Origin: Trichoplax adhaerens
Lineage: Eukaryota; Animalia; Placozoa
Reading direction: 5' to 3'
Assembly: GCF_000150275.1 (NCBI RefSeq)
Contig: NW_002060963.1
Location: 529,262 to 593,261 of the forward strand
DNA length: 64,000 bases
The notes under the pieces were generated by a model. The model did not search any database. It was not told the origin of the DNA and worked only from the letters and a program-made list of their open reading frames with translations. This document shows, piece by piece, positions 14,041-26,582 of this stretch; positions within the stretch are counted from its first letter, which is position 1, and each line of letters opens with the position of its first letter. A program made the translations under genes and the position numbers.

Positions 14041-17000
14041 CATCTGGCATTTCACTGCCCTCAAGATAAACAACTTTACGTACTTTATTTTAGAAAACAA
14101 TTTCATTCATTACATTTTCTTCTCCTTCTTTATTCTATCAAAATAGATGTTTGTATTCATGAATGTTACTAACTGATTATGATGTAAACAATACAACATG
14201 ACTTGTTAATATACCCATTAATTATGTTAAATGTCATTTATTCTTTTTTTTACGATTAATGAATATTTCATTACTATTGGCTAGAATAGACCGTATTGAA
14301 TGCAGTTAATAGACTTCTCAAGAATTGAACAAATCTTAAGCTAAATTACCACTAGGAGCATGACCTTTTAAGATAATAATAGCAATATAAATGATGGTTA
14401 ATTATCAGGAACAAGGATATTACTGTTCTTGCCATTAGTTTACGCTTTAAGATAACGGAAGGGTCGCACCATTTTTGACTTGGTTCATTTACATTTAGCA
14501 CGACGATTACCCATTTAAACCCAATCCCAGTCTGCTAAGCTGAATGATAAAAACCTTAATAACATAATCTTGTCTATTTCTCTGTCTTACCTGATGGCAA
14601 TAATACAGCAACAGTGATGTTATCTTCCGCATTAGCTGCTAGACTGTAGACGACAGTCTAAAATTTCAAGTACTCACTTCCGGACTACGATTGATGGAAG
14701 CGGGTAATGTTAAAGTACAACCGTTGCAGTCTAATGCAAGAACTACTTAACTCAGCCTAGGAGGATCCTTTAAACATCATCCTCCCCGCACCATCCTATT
14801 AGCTATTTTTAAATAATCCTACTGTTCACAGTTTGTAATGAAATTGTTACTTTATCAATGTATTCTATCAAAAGATGTAACTATATTAAAGAATTGATTG
14901 TAAAGTCTTTCGAATAGAGGAGTGCCAAGAGTAAATTATTTGATCTGGGAAATATAATTAGATAATTAAAATCAGAGCGTGTTGATCTATTTCATAATCA
15001 TATTAACGGGGCGATAGTCGCGATAAGAGGGTAATCATAAATTCGATCAGTCCTGGTGATTATCTATTGGTGCCCTTCATCGTTCAAATGGAATGATAAA
15101 ATTTCATGCTTTAAAATACAATAAACTGCCTATATACATGTACAATGTGCTTAATTGATTTCCAAATAGTTGATTAAGCGCTAACATGCGTTATTTTGCG
15201 TAGGTAATGCAGTATTTAATCAAGCTATTAATACCGATGCTGCTTCGGTAGTCATCGAAAACAAGTTTAAGTCAGCCGCGTGATGTTATCAACTCGTCTT
15301 TTCCGTAAAAGTTAAATATCGATAAAAGTAAAAAAATAAATCTTCAAATGGTAAAATAGTTGAAATTATTTTTTGATACAGTACAATCATCGACGTCATG
15401 TACAGTTTATCCGAAGCTGGTGTTTACCAACAAGAGTAGTCAAGTTCATATCGATTCTCATTCTAGACCAAAATATAGTCTTTACAAATGTAAACAGTAC
15501 ATGATTAGGATAATTTATTCATAAACTGAACAGATGGTAGCAAGTATTGTTGGACAAAGTGACAGATTAAACGCTTCAGTAATTTACTTATTGTTTATTG
15601 ATAATTGTTTATTTTATCGGTCTTGAAGGGAAGAGTATACGATCAATGGAGTAAAATGGTTATTACTTGCTTAGTAACACCTGTGTTATTGGACTATTTT
15701 TCCATTCGATGCGTGTGTTTAATCAAATGCCTGTTTCTGCGTCTTAATTAATGATCAATATTGTATTGATGCAAGTTTTGGCTCTATTCCATCAAAGCCT
15801 TCTCGAAGGAAGGAAAACAACATTTTCTGCATAAGTGGTACACCATGAAGGCAAATAGTAAAAGGCCGGTCAAGCCTACGCCAATCTATGTTGTATCCGG
15901 TCTGTGTAGACCATTGTGCGTACGAATTTCTGTCAACACTATCCATCTCATCGACAGTCTTTTGCAATAGAGTTAATCATCACGACAAGTGTAGTTAACA
16001 TTAAGCGTAGGTTGAATAGCAATAAATAAATCAATTGATTACTCTTGACCCGAGTCTAGAAGTCTACTCTCCTACATGATATAAGCGTTTTACTCCTGGC
16101 ATGATCATTCAGCTTGAAATTTTCAATATTACAGCTGGCATCATGCTTAGCAGTGTTTCGTAGGAGTACCGAAAATAAGACAGATCCATCGTATTTATAT
16201 CAATTAACTGCACGCTATTTCCTTATTGACTCTGTAGTCCATAAAATGATGACTACTGCTTGTTCAGCTTGATCGGACAATAATCATAAATAAGAAGAAT
16301 CATGCCGAAATGATTTAATTCAGCTAAAGTTGTTTCATTAAATAAATAGGATTGAATAGCTTGTGGCAGTAGATAGTTACAATACGATTTCATGTACTGA
16401 GTTCAACACTAGATTGTTACGTTGCATGTTGCAGATTAATAACATGATCCATATCAAGTCGCATTGAGACCATGATGATCCCCAGAGTTGATATTATGCT
16501 ATTCTTTTGCCCTACTGGCATTTTCACCATCATGCTTAAGCAAAAGAAAAGGTGTTATTGATGGCTATTGTCATTTTTTGTTGTAAGCAATTGAATCTTT
16601 AGTTGAAAGATTGCAAATGGCTTACAATCACATGCAATGAATGATATCCATTAGCCATCTGTGATAAAACTCGTCCATCACATCGCATCCACTACGCTGT
16701 CATTGCTATCGAAGGTGATCATCTTCCCTTTCCATGATAAAATTCAACATTACTTGCTTTCCATTTCTGTTTTCAATCGCTCTCGAGCTCATTTAGATCC
16801 CTTGTGATGGTAGCATACCCTAGGTTAGGCATCCATTGAAAGGCATTATACCCCCATTCTCCATTGAAAGAAACGATGGCGTTGGTTGGCCATCAGCCTC
16901 GCTTGTGGTTGAAGTATCATCCCCTTCACCCACTTGACATGGATACCATGATCCATGTCTACGACTATATCATAGGTTGTGGCATTCTTACCCTCCCTCT

Positions 17001-18418
17001 ACTCGTTTACCTATCCCTCAGAATAACTTGTTCAACCAATGTTACTTGATAACTCTACTGGGCAAGAAATTCAATGGCTAAAACATGGAAGAAGCTAGCT
17101 CGAGAATCGTTGTGTTGATTATGTTACAACAACAAACGCTTGGTAAACTATCATTCTCTTCTTGCTTGATTGAAAGGTTTGATTGTCATTGAAGGAAAGC
17201 GCTATTGTTAAGCCTATTGTTGTCATCACAAACGACACACGTCGGTTAAACGGACCCGTTGATGGATTTTGCCGTTGAAAGGGGCTGCCATTGGTGGATG
17301 CTGTTGACCACGTGATGCAAGCCATTGATCAACACCATGGAACAGCTGCATTTCTTCATCGACTTTACACGATATTGATTGACTGTTTAGCGGGTGGTCC
17401 AAACTGGCGATTGGAAAAATGGCTGATTCCACAAGCTCTCTCCACTGCTCGAGTTAATCCACACTGTTCTCATTGAATGACATGATAAAGTTAAAAATGA
17501 AGAAATAGAAAATGGAATTATTTCATCCTTGCATTGGAAAGATTGTCATTGCATGCATCCATGCGGTCCAAAGCTGCAAGTAAGTAGCGTATTGTTGTGC
17601 ATGATGATGTCACGCATTGCTCGTCTTTTAGATATCTTTCTAGTTGGCGATCGACGTAGTTGCCATTCTTTCACTGATACATTGTTATATTGCGCGATGA
17701 ATGACTTGAGCTACACCACTAATCCTAGTAACATACCATCATCATAATCAATTTAACTAATAACTCATCACTCAACGTATTGTTCCATGTCTGCGCCTAT
17801 TTGTTTTACATGTACAGTATATAACGGTTATCTAAATAGAAAGTTCGTCATAACCTGCGGCACTTTCTTACCATTTTATCGACCATTCTAGCGACGATTA
17901 GCATCGATACTCTTCATTGCAGCTATTTTACTTGGATCTACTTGTAGTTCTTGCCTTGACCATCTTGTATTTGTGGAAGAAAACGACGTCCGTTAATACC
18001 GATGATTGTTGATGATCGTTAGCACATTGGATCATCGTGAATTCTTTTACATACTGTACTGTAGATTGGTCAATCTTGCCAAGGTTTTGATTGACAGCGG
18101 ATTGCCATCCAAATCAACGTTACATTAGATAAATCCAATTGGTTGGATTCCAATTGAAATCATCCTCTTCGATTACCATCTTGAATATTCACTTATCATT
18201 TGGATACAGTTGATAATCACCTACGAGAGCGTAAACTTGTTGTACTGTATACGTTATCGATCAACCAAGATCAAGTGGATTGTTTGGGGATCGAAGAGAA
18301 GAAAATTAGACCATCGTTGTTGTTGTTGGCGGAAAGAGTTTTTATTTCTTTTTTTTCCCCTTCCTCTACTCATCGTCATTGGTGTGAACGAGAAAGTGGA
18401 TCTATTGGTACATGAAAA

Positions 18419-21400
18419 ATGGATCGTTACTTAACTTGTCCACTATGCCAGTATTATTTTAATCATCCTGTTATTCTCCCTTGTGGCCATAGTGTCTGCT
18501 TAAAGTGTGGCCAACGCGTGCAAAAAAGCATCGCTACTGCATCACCTGGTCTTCGTGCTAAACGAGCATCTTTACCTAGTCTTCATTATGGCGACGGTGG
18601 ACAGGTAACGCGTAGTAAGTCAGTCGATCTGATGGTAACTTCCATCGTTTGCCCAGTTTGTGTCAAGAAAAATATCTTGGCCGATCGAGGCGTTCAAGGA
18701 CTTGCTAGGAATTGCATGTTTGAAGCATTAATTGATAAGCTTAAAAATCAGAAAATTAGCCAAATGAATGATTGCCAACTGTGCGAGAAAACGCCACCAA
18801 CACAAGCTACTCGCTATTGCGAGCAATGCCACATTGCTTACTGTGATAACTGTTGTGCAGTTTGCCATCCTAAGCGTGGACCACTTGCCAATCATACGTT
18901 AACCATCATCGCTAAATCTCCTGTAGAAGAATACCGACACAAACAACTCAACCCTTGCGCTCATCATCCTAATCAATTGGTCAATATGTTTTGCGCTACT
19001 TGTTCCGTTTTAATCTGCTGTAAATGCTTAGAAGTTGGAGGCCATTCAAGCCATGATACTCGCAGTTTAGATGTGGTTTGCAAGAAGCAAAAGGTATGTT
19101 CTCCAAGTAGTACACGATCTTCTACCATTTTACTGTATTTTATTTTGAATGGACTGTCTTCAAAACAGGACCATGCCAATCTTGTTAATTTCAATCGAGT
19201 TGTTTCAAGACAGTAGGAAACAAATCTTACTTTGAATCGGGTAATTTTAATACAAACAACAGCAATCTTATTTTCAAACCAGCAGCTTCAATACAGTACG
19301 AGATTGTTGTATGTCTCACTTTCCATCAAGTAGGTTAATGGTCAATCATTTTCCTTCGAATCGGCTAGCTTCCATGTCACAATACCAATCTTATTTTCAA
19401 TCCAATCGTGTAGGTTCGATTTAGCAACGCCGATCGTCTTTTCAATCGACTAGCTTAAATAGAACAACACCAATCTTATTTTCAATCAGCTACTGTCAAT
19501 ACAACGATGCCAAGTTGACTTTGAATCTACCAGTTTAAAACTGCCTATCAATACACAACGATCGTATCGAAAAAATGGATACAAAAACACATCAGTTCTA
19601 CAGTATACTAGACGTTCGCGTATCCAATGGCATCATCGATAAGTACACTTGCAGTGGGTTCAAAATGAATCATTCCACCTATTCCATCGGTAGAATAAAA
19701 TAAATCAACGATGATGAACTTTCCAATTTTGAAACATGGACAACAGCCATGTATTGACTTAGTTTCACTTCTATCCAGTAAGAGTAGATGACGGTCATCA
19801 TCATCATCAGTTCCTACTGATCCATGATTCATTTATAACATGGACGGTAATTTCTAGTTTATTTTCTAAAACAGTAACTTTATTTCCTCTACCCGAGACG
19901 ATATTTGACAATCATGACGTCAAATTGTTGTCGATTTTACACTGATGACTTTCCTCAACTTTTGCCTATTGATGCTACACAAAAACCTGCAAGATTGTTT
20001 TCCTTTTTCAATTTTTCTACTGTCTACATGAAATGAATTGCTGTTTCAATACTGTACTGTGCTATGTTTGCGTTAATAATGTGGAAAGCATTGTTTAAAA
20101 ATGATTGGGCGTTTTGTACTGTTATAGAATCCCTTTTTATTTCTTGTATAGTTGCAAGGATATTTTCGGCATGATGTTGATTAGGACCAATCGTACCTTT
20201 TACAAGGTTTTTTTCAACTCTTTTACAAAATTGATTGCTTCAACTTTCATCAATCCATTGAAAACTAGGCCAGAAGTAGTCACAACATTTCATTTTTGTT
20301 ATCTTTGCCAAATTTTTGAATAAATAAATAATTTTATCTTTTCATGGCAGGTTAAAATTATAGTATAATGATAGCAATCATTTCTTGATATTTAAATACA
20401 TTTACAGTAGCGATGCAATTTTTTTTCTTGATGGTTTATTTTGGGGAAATCTCACTTGCCATTTTACACTCTATCGTTAATCATGCCAAACTGGTTGATA
20501 ATGGTCGTACCCTTCTTGGAGAATTGTACCAAACTGTCTAATGAGGGTAACATAGAATGCATTATGAAGTAATGATTGAAAAGAAATGCCTTCACCAGGG
20601 CTAGCATAATATCCGATGGAAGTCATATTTCATCAACATAACTGGAGAGTAGACACTTGAAATGTTTTTTACACGGATCATTTTGTCAAATAGCTAAAAA
20701 ATGAAGAAGAAAACAATAGTATTGCACTGTGATGACATTCTCGTCTCCATTTTGTCACAATCCTCACATTCAATACCATAATTGTTTAGTGTTTTTTTAC
20801 CTTCGATCTAATCCCTCTACTATAGTCGGTTATTGAAGTGTTTAAATAGCAATCAAGCGGCCTTCCAATGGATTTTTTTTATAGCACATTGTGTTGTGTA
20901 CCTCGTAGGAATTTTTATCAGGATCGCATGATGCAGTCATCATCATTATTCATAACGAATCAAGTCACGATGGAAGTAATTCATGCTTTAGATAATGTAA
21001 CTGATTCCAGTACTTCCACTTCACTAGAATATCAACAACGACTAGCAGATACAAAATGACACCAGCTGAATATACAGTAGAAAAGATATTTCCACTTCTC
21101 TATGTTAACTCAGCCGGGAGAACATCAAATCGACCAAGAAGTGGTGTACCAGAACATCACGGAAATGTAGTCATTGCTTTTTTTATTTTCCAATTGCAAG
21201 GGAAAATGGCGTCGCGCCGTACTATGCCCTTTCTGAAGTACCTTTTATCCATTTCGAGTGAAACGATATTGTCATTTCTATTCTAGTAGTAATGTCTAAG
21301 TCTACAAGATTATTTTACGGCAATTTCATATCATGACATGCACCTGTTTTAAGCCATTATACCGTTATGATTTTACGATGCAGTTCTACATGCAAAACGT

Positions 21401-24400
21401 CTTGCGGCACTATAACATTTTTTCATGCAATGCTTATGCAACTATTCAATGGAGACTAGCGATAGACCTTCCTAAATCTCCAGCCTCTAGTGGTCATGAC
21501 TAAAAGTACGTATTGTATACCCAACTGGGTGCTTTAATTTTTAATCATTCCTTTTTAGCCGCCAAATCAACGTTGTCAATCTCCAACGGAGAATAAAGGG
21601 ACGTTCATAGTGGACTTGCATTAGGCCCAGACTACGATATTGTCTCATTCTTATTATTAATGGCTAGTCCATTTTAGCTCTATTTCCTATCTTGTATAAC
21701 TTTTTAAACAACTTTTTAATCTCGCTATCCACTGCAATATCGTGTCCAAGCTGATAGAAAATTACAAATCATCCTGTATTCAAATAACTAGTTCTCGACG
21801 GGATGACCAAGTCAATAAACGATGAAAAATTAGACAGCCACATTTTATGTCGACTGTAGAGCGATTCTCTTCTCTCCGGGGGTGATAGCCTTGCAAGATC
21901 CTGACTAATGTTAGCTTATGAGTCATAGGCAATTTACGGTAAAAGGAATCGTCAAGACAATCATTTCTTTGTAAAGCAACATAGTAGACGAGTTAAAATA
22001 ACACTGCCATTAGCGTTTTACAACAATTGGATAGTACAATTTTCTCCTGCATGCCCACAGCGGACAACCCATACAACGGAAGCTTTACTGCTAAATTGAA
22101 AGGTTTCCGACATCTTTGTCTTTGCCCTTCCTCATAGAAAGATACTTTAAAGTATACGAATATAATCATTAAGACTTGGCTAAAAGGTTTCACTATGATT
22201 CACGTGGAGAAGAGTTTTTTTATCACCTTTTTCGTTTCTAGGCAATGACGATAATTCTGACGTAATTTGCTTTCGATTCTATACATCATAGCAAGACATT
22301 AACTGATCTCCTTTAGGAGTCATGTCTTTATTATAATCAACTACACCATGATTCTATATTAACTAATAGATTAGCGTATGGCATTGTTATATTATTCAAG
22401 GCTAGAAAAGAAAAGTAATATACGATAGGTAGAGTTAATGGTGATAATCCACTGTTCTAAAACGAAAAAAAGGTAAACTACTGTAGTCATGGCTACACAT
22501 GTTGATGTGCAAGGCTAACACAACGCAATCGATCACATTGATCATGATCTTCCATTACTGAGTAACTGGCTTTAAAGCACATTTTTTACGTCCTGTTTTT
22601 CATTGCAAAACGAATAAAAATAACCTAGAAAAGAAGTTGGTTGGTGGAAGAGATCATGAATAAAAATGAATCATGATATCCTTACAGTATCGCTTGCTTT
22701 AGGGTATAGTTTTTTCGTCCTGATCTTCATTCCAAGCGAATAAAAAATAAATAATAACTTAGAAATGGATTGATGGGGAATAGAAATAGTCGATAAAATC
22801 AATCATGATATCCTATTACTTTACTGTATATGCTGCTGCTTTAAAGCATCATTTTTATATCATCTTCTTTTATTACAAACAAATAAAAAGAATACAACCC
22901 AGAAATGAAACTGGTTAATAAGAAAGAAAAATAGTAGACAATGCCAATTATATATTATCATTTCCGACTGCAGCATCAGTTGCTTTAAGTTTTCTTCTCC
23001 TGCGCTCATTTACCATTGCGAAACGAAAAAAAAATAACATAGAAATAAAGTTGGCTCATAAGAAAGAAAAAGACAGGATAAAATTATTCATGATATACGG
23101 TATAGTCTTACCATTTAACATTGCAAAACGAATAAAATAGTAATCGAGAAACAAAGTTGATAAATGGAAGAGAAATGGAAGCTACCCTCTTCCAAATCGA
23201 AAGAAACATTAATTAAACAAATCATATTTGATGAAGTTAAAACTACCGCTTTTACTTCGTACATAATGAATACGATAATAACTTGGTTTAATATTCCTCC
23301 TTATTTAACTTTTACTCCCTTGATTAGCAGTAATTGACTGAAATTGCTTAAATGGAATAGAACTATTATTGATTTTACTTATGCTAATTACTGTATCCAA
23401 AGTTGAATGACAATGGTGATCGCTTCTTTTTGAAATGCGCTTCTAGACTAATACTCAAGCCAACTTAAATATTCTGAAGACCAACGTGAACGATTTACAA
23501 ATATTTATTGGAGAGCTAACCGAATGTTACCAACAATATGAGGTATGAATACCTAGAAACGACATGCTTGAAATAGAGCTACAATCTATAGAGTTTTGAT
23601 ATGCAGCTAGAAATAGTTTGCTTACATACTCTTATTAAAGTAGCCATTTCTGTCAACTAATTCGTATAATCATTGATGGCGTAAGTGATCCAACAATGGA
23701 AATAATTGTCTCTTTACAACAACGTTTTACTCCATCTATACAACTTATATCGTATTAAGCATAAAATAATATGCGTCTCCCTTTACTCTTTCATGTTTTG
23801 CAGATCTCCAATCTTGATTTAGAAGCCTCAATAGCCGCTCAATTTGACTTATTAATTAATCAATTACAAAAGAAGAAAGAGAAAATGCTATCGGATATAT
23901 CGAATCAACAGCGTGAACAGTTGGAAAGTCTTAGTCTACAAAATAACTCTTATAAGCAAAAATTAGAAGATGCATCGGTCCTCGTTAGCTTCATTGACGA
24001 ATGCTTAAAAACCAATGATTGCGGCAGTTTCATCCAGGTAAGCCATTACCATGTATATGATATTCTATTGTGATGGCAACAATCTCATTTTGATTTTATC
24101 TATCATCCTTCTACTATAGGTGGCGGATAATCTAAACACCAAGTACGTACAATAGACTCTTCTACTTTTTACTTTAATTTTCATGCAATCCGATTTATAG
24201 TGATCTATTACATGACTCATTTCCAGTAATAAGATCGTCTTCTATTGTATATTATTAGTAATGCCTCGCTTGCTTCTTACTCTTTGTCAACATAATAGGA
24301 TTAACGATGCCTTGGCGACATGGAAAGACGAGATTGTTTATGAAGCAGCAGTGGAGCCGCCATTGGACGTAGTTTTAGATTCTAAGGCATGTCAAAAGGC

Positions 24401-25468
24401 CGTTACTGAACTTTGCTTCATTCAAAAAAGTGGTAAGTGCCCCTAAATAAGGCTGTGTATTGTGAGTTTTAACAATTATCAAATAGGATGTAAAATGCGT
24501 ATCACTCGTTGTATATGTTGAATTCATGCTAAGCAAAGCTAATTAAATTAAGGAAAAGACTTCTAAAATGTTATTCTAATTTAATTAGTCCCTATGCAGC
24601 CTGAAATTATTGCTGATGAATGTCGTATGTCCAATAATAACCTTACCGTCTGTTGGAGACCACCTAAAAATTGCCAAGTGGAAGGCTATATCTTAGAATT
24701 GATGGAAGATGGCCAAACAAAGTATAAAGAAATCTACCGTGGTAGAGAATGCAAATATACAGCTAGAAACTTGCATTTCGATACTACTTATAATGCTCGT
24801 GTCAGAGCCTATAATAAAGCTGGTATCAGTGAACAAAGTGTTGAAATCTGTCAAGGAACAACACCTAAAGGTAAATTTCATCAATGAACTCTCCCCTTTT
24901 CGTTTGGTATTGGTGTCACTAACATCAATTTCTTTCTTTTACAGTAATGCATTTTATCGTCGATGATGCCTTAGGCCACCCAGACATTAAACTCTACAAT
25001 GATAATACCGTGATTACATGTAGCAATAGTCAAGATAGAGTAATACTTGGCAGCGTTGGAGTTTCACGAGGTGTCCATTACTGGGAAGTATGCATTGATC
25101 GATACGTTGGAGATCCGGATCCTGCGGTTGGTGTAGCATATCTTGATGCCAACAGGGATTCAATGCTTGGACGAGATACCAAATCGTGGGCAATGTATGT
25201 TGATAGCTCTAGAAGTTGGTTTAAACACGATAATGTCCACACCAATCGTTGTGAAGGTGGAGTAACCACTGGCTCAACTGTAGGCGTCCTCTTAGATATG
25301 GACAGAGGCTTGGTGCGCTTCTATATTAATGGTGAGCCACATGGCCCAGTAGCATATAAAGGATTAAGCGGTACCATCTATCCAGCATTTAGTTTAAATA
25401 ATAAGGTACAAATGAGTATTCGTACTGGTTTATCGATTCCTTCCAATTATTTAATTAGTACAAAATAG
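18419..25468 (+). CDS. TRIM9: TRIM9/TRIM67-like E3 ubiquitin ligase (RING, B-box1, B-box2, coiled coil, FN3, SPRY)
   Basis: Exons ~18419-19093, 23447-23542, 23804-24037, 24120-24142 (23-nt microexon), 24299-24432, 24589-24870, 24944-25468. RING CPLC...LPCGHSVCLKC; B-box1 CQLCE...CEQC...CHPKRGPLANH; B-box2; FN3 EIYRGRE...TTYNARVRAYNKAG; SPRY LGSVGVSRGVHYWEV...DPAVGVA...MLGRD...WAMYVD. Confidence 0.93.
19170..19540. repeat. Degenerate ~37-40 bp tandem repeat in TRIM9 intron 1
   Basis: Repeated CAATCTTATTTTCAATC-like core at ~19177, 19221, 19263, 19386, 19431, 19471, 19511. Confidence 0.6.
22540..23180. repeat. Degenerate ~105-145 bp tandem repeat (~5 copies) in TRIM9 intron 1
   Basis: Recurring CATTGCAAAACGAATAAAA...AGAAA...GTTG...TCATGATAT blocks at ~22601, 22728, 22871, 23014, 23119. 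Confidence 0.7.
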
Positions 25469-26221
25469 TATTGTAGTGTATTGGTTAATTACTTTAAATG
25501 GATTTTATGATAACATTAATTTCTTATCATGTTGAATTTAAATCAATCACGGTGCTGTAAATGTTTTCGTATCTTTTGCAATACAAAGTACTCGTAATGT
25601 CAAGCAAAGTAGTTCCACGACAGCTTCTATAGCTATTATTGTTGCTATAATCTAGTTTTACGCTTTTATTTGCATCAATGGACAGTCGCAGATGTAAAGT
25701 ATCATAAAAATTATACTTAATAATAGTATTATAATGTCAAAGTTAATCATTGTAGAGTGATATAGATGACCTTGTAAATGTCATCATACTCAGCTTTATT
25801 GGCTAATCTGATATAGCCGTCTCAAAAAATTTTATTTCAAACGTATAGACGTTGCTTAGATCACATGTCTACTTATTATTATGGATTGTTGTATTCCATA
25901 TTTACTGTAGCAGTTATTGTAACTATTAAATGATGTAAGAAAATAATCCTATTTTTTTTTGGCCTTGGCTATGGTATTGTCCATTCTTATGGTAACGGCC
26001 ATTAAGAATGCATTATTAATTGCGTCATAGTAGATCACAATTTGTCGTAAAAAATTGAACTTTAAATTATCAAAGATTTTACGGAAATCACAAGTTTTAT
26101 TTAAGAGTCATCTTTTAGGCTTGCTTTATACCATCATGTATACGTCTAGACGATGTATAATAATCTTAAACTTCTAGACATCAATAACAATGGGTGTTGT
26201 GAAGTTTGATAAGATTTCTTC

Positions 26222-26270
26222 ATCAAAACTGAATATGTGATAATACAACACTTTACATTCAGTTTGTCAT
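26222..26270 (-). promoter_or_regulatory. SECIS element (type II) in the selenoprotein L 3'UTR
   Basis: Minus strand reads ATGAC-AAACTGAATGT-AAA-GTGTTGTATTATCAC-ATATTCAGTTT-TGAT: AUGAN/NGAN core, 11-bp helix II (one G-U pair), unpaired AAA, and an apical GTG/CAC mini-stem. Confidence 0.92.
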
Positions 26271-26582
26271 GTGCTCTACCTTTCTTCACTGCACCACCTG
26301 TTAAAAGTTAAAAAACATTATTTCACTTCGCTGCCTAAAAGAAAAATGTTGCATGATCTAATGATAAGTAATGACATAAATATTTAACTTAATTTCAAGT
26401 ACTTTTTGAAAATTAATAAAAGATTATTAATTTACTAATGTCATATGTGTCGCTTATGATGGTGTGATTGTAGTAACATTGCTATGCATTCCAGAATGGG
26501 TTTAATGGTACAAGAGGATCAATAATATAGAGTAATCTAATAAATTCTCGTCTTTATCAAATCTTTCTAAATTACAAATTAC

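Noticed and set aside
14400-14640. Minus-strand exon-like piece NAEDNITVAVLLPS resembling a receptor guanylyl cyclase N-terminus, and a nearby ATATCCTT (AT-AC donor-like)
   Set aside because: All phase-compatible continuations hit a stop within a few codons, and there is no canonical U12 branch site. Too short to support.
19170-23180. CRISPR-like repeat-spacer appearance
   Set aside because: Eukaryotic intron, degenerate repeats, homologous spacers and no cas genes.
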